Shown here in pieces: positions 1 to 8,300 of a stretch of 37,614 bases of DNA. Where the stretch lies: positions 1 to 37,614 of the forward strand of contig CBDDUX010000069.1 in assembly GCA_965234725.1 (NCBI GenBank). Direction: 5' to 3'. The notes below the pieces were generated by a model, which saw nothing but the letters and a program-made list of their open reading frames with translations, was not told the DNA's origin and did not search any database. The position numbers were made by a program, and so were the translations under genes. The stretch comes from Thermoplasmatota archaeon (GTDB taxonomy: Archaea > Thermoplasmatota > Penumbrarchaeia > Penumbrarchaeales > Penumbrarchaeaceae). Within the stretch, counting starts at the first letter, position 1; every line of letters begins with the position of its first letter.

Positions 1-57
1 CGGTGGGCCAGTGTACCTTACATCGATTCAAAAAGTTAGTGAAGTACTGAATTTTTA

Positions 58-212
58 GAAAAGAATTTCGGGCCTTTGGATCTTGGGGTTCGAACCTTGG
101 TCCTTGAAACATCACACCGAAAACCATGTTTCAAGGTGCGCACCATTTCTGAACGACTATGGAGGGAAGAAATTGCTGCTGCATCGACCCCTTCAGGCCC
201 GCCACTTTCTTT
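58..212. repeat. Palindromic structured element with tRNA-3'-end-like terminus
   Basis: Nested inverted repeats: cgggcct (69-75)/aggcccg (195-201), ggggttcga/tcgacccc, and a perfect 11-bp ccttgaaacat/atgtttcaagg (102-136). The right arm ends cccttcaggcccgCCA (to 204), like an archaeal tRNA-Lys/Arg 3' end. Confidence 0.55.
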
Positions 213-400
213 GATTAAAATCTTTTTTATGTGTTATAATCATTTATTCAAAATAAATTTAATATGATCATAAATTTATCAAAGTGTTAATTCATAAGAA
301 TTATCTTATGTTACATTCTGTTATTATATTTTTAATAATAGAGATATATTAACATTCTATTGTAACAAAGATTGATATCCGTCCTAATTCATGTACCCTC

Positions 401-526
401 ATGAGCGAAAACGTGAACATAGAAAGGATATCGATATATCCAGGGGACAACACCCCGGAAAAGAGTAAAAAACTCGCTGATTTCCTTGCAAAGGCAGGCA
501 TCAGATACACATACGAAGCCTATTGA
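401..526 (+). CDS. 41-aa microprotein resembling the N-terminal part of a glutaredoxin fold, no cysteines
   Basis: Hand translation MSENVNIERISIYPGDNTPEKSKKLADFLAKAGIRYTYEAY*. TATA-like aaagattgatat ~30 nt upstream suggests a leaderless mRNA. Followed by the hairpin at 542-569. Below the ORF-track cutoff. Confidence 0.5.
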   Translation: MSENVNIERISIYPGDNTPEKSKKLADFLAKAGIRYTYEAY

Positions 527-541
527 TCAATTCTCAGATCA

Positions 542-569
542 ATAATAGGAACCGGCCGGGTCCTATTAT
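542..569. terminator. Hairpin between convergent small transcription units
   Basis: ataatagga...tcctattat 9-bp inverted repeat around a GC-rich core. Confidence 0.45.
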
Positions 570-663
570 CAGGAATTCCGACCGGACCTCTCCCAAAGAC
601 CAAAATGGCCAATTCTCCCTGCCATGGCCTCGATATTCGATGCAAAGTGAAACGTTGTTCCAC

Positions 664-798
664 TTAGCATCTGGGCCACCTGCAGGGATACATGTTGTTC
701 AGCCTGAACCAGAACAGTGCAGGCACAGACCTTCGAGCTTTCTCTTCCCAATCATATAGGGATGAGAACATGTCAATTGTATCCAAACTTGGGGTCAT
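664..798 (-). CDS. 44-aa micro-ORF (or 5' part of a frameshifted gene continuing into the 569..751 frame)
   Basis: Perfect SD GGAGGTGA (806-813, minus) 7 nt before the ATG at 798. Translation MTPSLDTIDMFSSLYDWEEKARRSVPALFWFRLNNMYPCRWPRC*. Confidence 0.35.
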   Translation of the reverse strand: MTPSLDTIDMFSSLYDWEEKARRSVPALFWFRLNNMYPCRWPRC

Positions 799-1132
799 TT
801 TCTTTTCACCTCCGTTCTTTTTTCAGAAGATGAAGCGATCCCAGCTTGGCAGGGAGCCGTTATCTAAATATACTTCGTATTCCCTTTCAATATTGGGATC
901 AAAGGTCCGTGTCCCTCCCTTCTTTTGTCAGTTCGGCGGGGATATGGACCTCCCCTTCTTCATCTCTATTATTTCTATGGGTGTTTACTATATTAATGGT
1001 TGTGAAAAAAAACCGGGTTCCCAACATGTTATATATATAACTTTCTATGATTTCACTTCTTCAATATTCTTTCCCCTGAGTTATCATGTTCCATTTCATC
1101 TGTTAGGGTTGTTCCTCTAATTCATCTATGTA

Positions 1133-1145
1133 CCTTTAAATAATC
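1133..1145 (+). promoter_or_regulatory. TATA box of first wHTH-TPR gene (leaderless)
   Basis: cctttaaataatc ~30 nt upstream of ATG 1171. An equivalent ttttaaatatt sits ~30 nt upstream of the paralog ATG 2667. Confidence 0.5.
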
Positions 1146-1170
1146 TTCAATTCATTGTATATTGAAGGTA

Positions 1171-2556
1171 ATGCGGATATCAAGAGATGAATTGGTACTT
1201 CTAGGCTTGGACAGGTTGATCCTTAGAAGAGATAGAATGAAACCCTATACTAAGGATGACATCTCGAACGCTCTGGACATATCCGAAAAGACCTTGAATG
1301 AATATTTAACAAAATTGAAAAAAGCAGGTTTGATAGAGAGGAAACAGAAGAAGTTCATCAAGGATCTTGACACGATAATTAAGATCACACCATTAGGTAA
1401 AGAAAGAGTGAAATTGATATGGGAGACAATAGATAGAATGGTACTGACCCCTGAACATCACAATATTCCAACCTGTATCAAGATTAATGTAATCCTGGAA
1501 AGGTTCAGAGACCCTCTGGAAATGCTTTTCTTTCTCTCTCTTTATTCTTCCATGAACGATTTCGACCTTATCATGTTCCTGGATGCATTGAAGATATCCA
1601 AGACCGATCACAATATTGTAAATATATTCTCTGAAATGGAAATCGATGAAGGTGAGGCAGCAAAGGTACCCTTTATTATCACTTTTTCAAAGAGTTCATT
1701 CCATGGAGAATTCGACAGAACAAAACTCGAAGACCCATCCATGGGAAGGGATGTGAATGTTCTTCTGATCATTGCAGAATCACATCAGAAACAGGGAAGG
1801 TTGTCAGAAGCTGTCTCTCTATACGATCACATCCTGTCATCCGGCAACAAGATAACCCAGAACCAATGGTTCATCGCAAGGATGGGGTTGGTCCAGACCA
1901 AAAGGAAGACGGGGGACTTTCAGACGGCTTTTAAACTATTGGAAGAAACAATGGAGATGACAGCCAACAAGACCTTCCTTGCCTATTCAAGACAGTTGAT
2001 GGCATTGATGTATTCCATCATGGGCAACTTCGATGATTCCATGAAACTCTATAATTCATCCATAAGGTCCTTCCATTCCTCCGGCCTTCCCCTCATGCTT
2101 TCGATTGCCTACAATAACAGAGGAACCCTTCATTACAGGAAAGGCGACTATCTTAATGCGGAGGAAGACTGGAAGAAGGCCAGAAAATATGCGAAAGAGG
2201 CAAAGTCAGAATACTGTGAAGCGGCAACAATTACTAATCTGGCCGAACTGAGAGCGAGGGATGGGAATTTTGACATTGCAGTAAAATATCTCCGCAGAGC
2301 CTACAACATTAACAGAACAACTGGAGATTTTGAGAATATGGCCGGAGTGGAATTCAACCTTTCATTAATATACGCAATGAAGAAGGACGAAAGTTCTGCC
2401 CTTGCATATTACCAAAGATCCATGCAAACTGCATATCCACTCCCCTCTCCACCTGAAAAGGAGGAGTGGAAACGTACGCTCATTAAATACTCAAAGGAAT
2501 TCAATTGTCCATTGAATGAGAGATCGTTGGAACTCATCCATTCCTCATGTTTCTGA
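1171..2556 (+). CDS. Winged-HTH (MarR-like) + TPR-repeat protein, putative transcription regulator, paralog 1
   Basis: N-terminal YTKDDISNALDISEKTLNEYLTKLKKAGLIER...KITPLGK (wHTH), C-terminal TPRs (AYNNRGTLHYRKGDYLNAEEDWKKA). Start set to MRISRDEL by alignment with paralog 2. Confidence 0.85.
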   Translation: MRISRDELVLLGLDRLILRRDRMKPYTKDDISNALDISEKTLNEYLTKLKKAGLIERKQKKFIKDLDTIIKITPLGKERVKLIWETIDRMVLTPEHHNIPTCIKINVILERFRDPLEMLFFLSLYSSMNDFDLIMFLDALKISKTDHNIVNIFSEMEIDEGEAAKVPFIITFSKSSFHGEFDRTKLEDPSMGRDVNVLLIIAESHQKQGRLSEAVSLYDHILSSGNKITQNQWFIARMGLVQTKRKTGDFQTAFKLLEETMEMTANKTFLAYSRQLMALMYSIMGNFDDSMKLYNSSIRSFHSSGLPLMLSIAYNNRGTLHYRKGDYLNAEEDWKKARKYAKEAKSEYCEAATITNLAELRARDGNFDIAVKYLRRAYNINRTTGDFENMAGVEFNLSLIYAMKKDESSALAYYQRSMQTAYPLPSPPEKEEWKRTLIKYSKEFNCPLNERSLELIHSSCF

Positions 2557-2666
2557 AATCTACATCATAAGTGAAAATATTCCTAATCATAATATTAGGA
2601 CGGCAATATTTCGAATTATTTTATGATAATTTTAAATATTTAATTGTTAATAAATATAAGAGGGAA

Positions 2667-4031
2667 ATGCGGATCTCTAGAGAAGAGTTGGTCCTATTTG
2701 GATTGGATAAACTGATCAATCACAGAGGAAATAGAGACCCCTATACCAGGGAGGACCTGGCAAATTCACTTGACATTTCTGAAAAGACACTGAATGAATA
2801 TTTGACCAAAATCTCTAATGCTGACCTGATAGAAAGACATCAGAGAAAATTCATCAAGGAATTGGATGTAATATTCAAGATAACTGAAGAAGGGAAAAAA
2901 AGAGTGGAAATGATACGGGAATCCATAGATAGGATGGTCCTCACACCCGAGCATCACAATATCCCCTCATGTATCCTGGTTAGAACCATTCTCGAAAGGT
3001 TCCAGGACCCGTTGGAGATGTTGTTCTTCCTTTCCCTGTATGCATCGAAGAAGGATTTCGATCTTATCATGTTCCTTGACACTCTGAAGATATCACGGGC
3101 GGATTCCAATATCGTGAACATATTTTCAGATATGGAACTGGATGAGGGGGAAGCATCCAGGATACCATTCATTATCACATTTTCCAAGACCTCGTTCCAT
3201 GGTGATTTCGAAAAAGAGATCCTGAAAAGGGATGGATGGTCGGAAAGGGATGTGAGTGCTCTTCTTATTATAGCGGAATCAGAACAGAAGCAAGGTAAGT
3301 TGAACGATGCACTCACACTCTATAATTACATACTTTCTGGAAAGATCAAGATCACACAGAACCAGTGGTTCATAGCAAGGATGGGATTGGTCCATACTTA
3401 CAGGAAGATGGGAGATTTTGAAAAAGCATTGGGGATACTTGATGAAACGGAGACGAATACGGACAACAAGACTTTCCTGGCTTTCTCAAAACAGGTAAGA
3501 GCTCTAATCCTGATGTTGCAAGGCGAATATGATGAAGCCATGAGGCTCTTCAATTTCGCCATCAGGTCATTCAAGACATTCGGACTTCCCCTGATGCTTG
3601 CAATATGTTACAACAATAGAGGTACATTGTACTATAGGATGGATGATTTTGAAAATGCGGGTGAAGATTGGAAAAAAGGAAGAAGATGTGCCACAGAGGC
3701 AAAATCCGAATACTGTGAAGGGGCGATCATAGGTAACCTGGCGGATATATATGCAAGACAGGGGAAATTCGATCTCGCTTTGAAATATCTCAAGAGAGGG
3801 GAGAAGATATCCGAAAAGATAAGTGATCTGGAAATGCTCAGCACCCATTATTTCAATTTCTCATTAGTGTATTTGATGATGAAGGAACTGAAAAAAGCTT
3901 TGGACCTATACAAAAGATCCCTTGAGATCGCTTATCCACTTCCGTCACCATTAGAAAAGGAGGAAAGAAAGAGGTTTATCATTGAATGTGGATTGAAAAA
4001 TGGATTTGACGCAATAGAAAATATGATATAA
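2667..4031 (+). CDS. Winged-HTH + TPR-repeat protein, paralog 2
   Basis: Aligns full length with 1171..2556 (shared TPEHHNIP, ITQNQWFIARMGLV, AYPLPSP). ATG 2667 gives MRISREEL; the ORF-track extension from 2571 is AT-rich promoter sequence. Confidence 0.85.
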   Translation: MRISREELVLFGLDKLINHRGNRDPYTREDLANSLDISEKTLNEYLTKISNADLIERHQRKFIKELDVIFKITEEGKKRVEMIRESIDRMVLTPEHHNIPSCILVRTILERFQDPLEMLFFLSLYASKKDFDLIMFLDTLKISRADSNIVNIFSDMELDEGEASRIPFIITFSKTSFHGDFEKEILKRDGWSERDVSALLIIAESEQKQGKLNDALTLYNYILSGKIKITQNQWFIARMGLVHTYRKMGDFEKALGILDETETNTDNKTFLAFSKQVRALILMLQGEYDEAMRLFNFAIRSFKTFGLPLMLAICYNNRGTLYYRMDDFENAGEDWKKGRRCATEAKSEYCEGAIIGNLADIYARQGKFDLALKYLKRGEKISEKISDLEMLSTHYFNFSLVYLMMKELKKALDLYKRSLEIAYPLPSPLEKEERKRFIIECGLKNGFDAIENMI

Positions 4032-4094
4032 TTGTATTACTAATACTCTACTAGATTGATATTGTTCAATCTAGTTCTCATAGGAGATGTACAT

Positions 4095-4718
4095 ATGGTA
4101 GTGAAGAGAGCGATAATAATTAGGACTAATAATTGCGGCAATGAAGGTATCCAACAAGGACAGCTTGCGAAAATTGGAAGTGTTCTTTCCGAACCTCCTG
4201 ATGGATTGGAGAAACATGGTTGGGAACTTGAGATGTTAGATGGGGATGGTGCAACAAAAGCTATTTTTCTAGAGAAATTAGATTGGGCGTTAGAGATCCT
4301 TCCTGAGGTTCAGCATGTTTTCATATATATTTGTGACACTGGACAATTGTACCAAGGAAAGAACCAATTAACATTCCCAGATGGTAATTATCCATACGAT
4401 GGAGCAGGATCTCTTGATGAAAGATTGTTTAATTTTACTAACCAGAAAGGCGGCCTTTGTGGAAAGATCACTATTGTTGTTGGTGGATGGGAATCAAATT
4501 TCGCAACAGAAAATTTTGCACAACTTTCGCCTTTACCCCCCGATGACCATGTTTACTCCTCAAGATCCCATGGTGAAAATGTTCAAGAAAACATGCTTTA
4601 TGGGGATGCACTTGAAAATCCAAATAATAATGATTTCCTTTCTGCCATTTACGAGGTTAGATTAGCACTTCAAGGCACTCAAACTGTGGTAATAAAGATT
4701 AATGGAACCTATTTATAA
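4095..4718 (+). CDS. Caspase/legumain-like (clan CD fold) protein with catalytic His and Cys substituted
   Basis: SD aggag before ATG 4095. KRAIII / LDGDGATKAIFLEKLDW / VFIYICDTG (cf. xFxYxxxHG) / ITIVVGGWES (cf. xxxxDACxS) occur in caspase-fold order and spacing. Confidence 0.6.
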   Translation: MVVKRAIIIRTNNCGNEGIQQGQLAKIGSVLSEPPDGLEKHGWELEMLDGDGATKAIFLEKLDWALEILPEVQHVFIYICDTGQLYQGKNQLTFPDGNYPYDGAGSLDERLFNFTNQKGGLCGKITIVVGGWESNFATENFAQLSPLPPDDHVYSSRSHGENVQENMLYGDALENPNNNDFLSAIYEVRLALQGTQTVVIKINGTYL

Positions 4719-4755
4719 AGGAAAAAATTGAAATTTGAATTAATATTCATATTTA

Positions 4756-5001
4756 CTATTTTTTCATAGCTCCAATTTCAATTAGATAATTATAATCTAT
4801 TTGATGTTCATCAGTTTTTATTTCAATGTTATTACACCTAACAGAAGTAGATCTTGGTGATGGTCTTAACAATTTCGTTATATCATTTCTTAATGGACTT
4901 TTTTGACCTTTAATTAACACATCAGAGAATTTTAGAAAATTATTGTTGTTTTCTCTCATTTTCTCCACAATCATATTGTTTAGTTCTTCGTTATCATTCA
5001 T
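4756..5001 (-). CDS. Small hypothetical protein (81 aa)
   Basis: SD aaggagg 5-6 nt before the ATG; open frame in very AT-rich DNA; convergent on 4095..4718. Confidence 0.55.
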   Translation of the reverse strand: MNDNEELNNMIVEKMRENNNNFLKFSDVLIKGQKSPLRNDITKLLRPSPRSTSVRCNNIEIKTDEHQIDYNYLIEIGAMKK

Positions 5002-5306
5002 CCAATGCCTCCTTCAATTAAAATTCGAATAGGTATTGGTTTATTAATATTTAATCTCTTTTCAATTTGGTATTTCTTTTTTGATATACTTGTATTAAAA
5101 GGACATATGAGAAATATTGACGACTTTTCCCAAATTAATTTACTGAAAATGATTATCACTTAAACCATTGATTGATGATTTGGATAATTGTTGGAAATTC
5201 AGGAAGGTAAATTCTCATTAAGATCGATCCACTCAAACAGATTATCATAAAATAAGAAACCTTTTATCATTACGGGTCTCTATTGTACCCTATTGGGTGA
5301 TATGCT

Positions 5307-8300
5307 TTGATCAGGACCTTTGCAGCTCTCATGCTGTGTTTGATTATTCTTCAGATCGATCCTTTCCATGTTCCGGCAGAGGACATGGAGGACCTATCGG
5401 GAGATATGATCGGGATAGACCCGATCTATGAAAGGAGAACTCTTACCGCAGGACTCATGGGAACCAGATCGCTCATTGAGAACATGGGGCAGATCGATGA
5501 CGATGATGTCAAGTTCTATTATCCGGGAGATCCCCAGGTCCTCATTCGTTCAGATGGTATTCACGTCAGTTCGGTTACTGAAAATGGAATGATAGGGTAT
5601 TCAATGGAACTGGAGGGGGGGAATTCAGGTGGAAGGATACTGACAGGAGATGAAGGTACAACTTTCAATTTTATCATGGGAAGCGACCCATCAGAATGGG
5701 TCCTCGGGGCAAGGTCATTCAATGAGATAACAGTAGAACAGCTCCGCCCTGGAATGGACCTCAGGGTCCTTGTATCCGAAGAAGGTCCGAAATGGGAGAT
5801 AGAACTTGAAAAAGGGGCTTTGATAGATGATCTCACTCTTGTATATTCGGGGGATTTCCAAAGTTCATGGGTGAAGGACCGGACCATCATGATCGAAAAG
5901 GGAACCACCTCACTTAGGGACGGGCCAGTAATCATATTTCAGAACGGATCCCCCATAGACTGCGAGTTGTCCATGAAAGATGGTCATCTGAGGTTCAATG
6001 TTCCCGATTATGATCCTAAAATGCCCATGATAATCGACCCTCTAATGTCCTCATCGACCCTGATAGGAGGCAATCAGTGGGATATCAGGGCCAAGGTCAA
6101 AGCACATCCTACCGGTGACATAATAGTTGCAGGTTCCGTCGAATCCACAAATATGAAAACCCATAGCACAGCATATGACAGGTCTCAGAACGGAGAGGAT
6201 GATCTGTTCGTTTGCAGACTATCGGCCGATCTTTCAATGATGAGATACGGAACCTACATCGGGGGAACGAAAAGTGACGTGGTCCATGACCTCACGATCG
6301 ACGATGACGGATATGTCTATCTGGTTGGCCAGACTTCTTCAACTGACTTCCCAAGGACGACCGGAGCTCTCATTAATTCATTTCAGGGCGGGGGTTCCGA
6401 TGGTTTCATCGTAAAGGTCTCCCCCGACCTGGGATCGCTCAACTTCTCCACATATTTCGGAGGATCTGGCAAGGATTGGGCAAGCGGCATAGAAGTAGAT
6501 AGTACGGGTATCCCATTTGTATGCGGGTCATCCCAATCCACGGACCTTCCCTCCACATCAGGTTGCTATCAGTCTGAGATGACAGGGATCAGAAATGGAT
6601 TCGTTGCCAAGGTCCATTCCAATGGTAAAGGACTCCATTATCTGACTTACCTCGGGGGGAGTGGATTCGGGGACGATATCGGGGATATCCAGATCGATTC
6701 CGGTGGAAAAGCACTTGTTGTCGGATATTCCAGGTCCAGTGATTTTCCAACCACTTCCGGAGTATTCAAGACCGGAAGTGGCAACTATATGGGATTCGTC
6801 TCAAGATTATCCATAGATGGATCGGACCTTGATATGTCCACATTCCTTGCATATGGAACCAGAATAAATGGAACTGCCATAGATGATCAGGGGAATATTT
6901 TCCTGACCGGAAGAACAGAGACCATCAGTGGTGAATTCCCCGTATCCAGCGATGCCTTTGACAAGGACCTCTCCGGTGATGTGGACGGCTTCATCACCAA
7001 GATGGACAGCTTAGGTGAGAATGTCTTGAAATCCACATATATTGGAGCAAATGAACTATATGGTCAACCACCGGATGTTCAGACAGACTATATCGAGTCC
7101 TGTACTGATATCACACTTGATGATGAGGGAAACGTTCTGGTCACCGGCATGACGGATTCCATCAACTTTCCTTTGACCCTGGATGCTTTTGATAAGACCC
7201 GGAATAACCTTGATGCTTACCTTCTGTATATTGACCCTGACCTTACAACACTACTTTTCTCAACCTTTATCGGAGGATATGATGAGGATAAAGGTTTCGG
7301 GGTTGCAGTGGACAATGATGGCTACATGTATGTCTCCGGGCACACCTATTCGGATCAGACGAACCATGATTTTCCTACAACGGTAGGGGCATTCCAGGAG
7401 GTACATGCTTCTCAATATGACTGGTTCTGCATGAGGTTCAAGATGGATTCATTCTTACCAGGTCCCCCTGAGAATCTGACATCTGTTGCGAACAGCACCA
7501 GTGTCCATCTCAATTGGGAACCGCCTCTATTCGATGGAAATGAAGAGATTATCGACTATCACATCTACTGGGGTCTGTCTCCGGTTACACCAAATTTCCT
7601 GACCAAGACAAGCGATCTGATGTTTGATCATGATGGTCTCACAAAAGGCAAGACCTATTATTACGAGGTGAAGGCAAACAATTCAGTAGGGAAAGGTATC
7701 GGAGCGAAGACGTCAGCAACACCACTTTCGGCTCCGATCTCCCCAAGGATCAACAAGGTTTCACCCGGGGATTCCCATGTGAACATCTCCTGGTCCCCTC
7801 CATGGGACATGGGTGGAACACCTGAGGTCACATACGAAATGCTATATGGAGAGGATCCGAACGACCTTGAAAACCATGTTATTGATATCCTAAAAACCTA
7901 TCACTATGTTTCAGGACTTATCAATGGAAATACCTACTATTTTCAGATCTTCGCCAGGAATATAATAGGTATCAGTGAAGGATCGGATGTTATAAACGCA
8001 ACACCTCTGGGATTACCAAGTACGCCGTTGAACTTCATAACAACAGCAATGGATAAAAGCGTCCTCCTTGAATGGGAGGAACCACTAGACCTCGGAGGCT
8101 CTCCAAATGTTACTTACAACATCTACAGATTTTCTGATGAGACCTTTTCATGGTCGATCCAATCCGGATGGAATGACACGTCCTTCAGGATCACAGGACT
8201 ACTGAACGGCAAGAGTTACACATATTATATTACGGCCAAGAACCCACTGGGAGAAAGTGAGAGAACCGACCTCAGGACAGTGATCCCGCTTGGACCTATT

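Noticed and set aside
1..59. 3' end of an upstream gene
   Set aside because: All three plus frames are open for 12-18 codons, so it cannot be assigned.
70..204. Intact or intron-containing tRNA gene
   Set aside because: No D or anticodon arm, and no bulge-helix-bulge at the apparent T-loop insertion.
76..1120. ORF-track plus-strand ORFs 76..267, 523..759, 692..1120, 846..1040
   Set aside because: No initiation signals, they run through hairpins or promoter DNA, and their composition looks non-coding.
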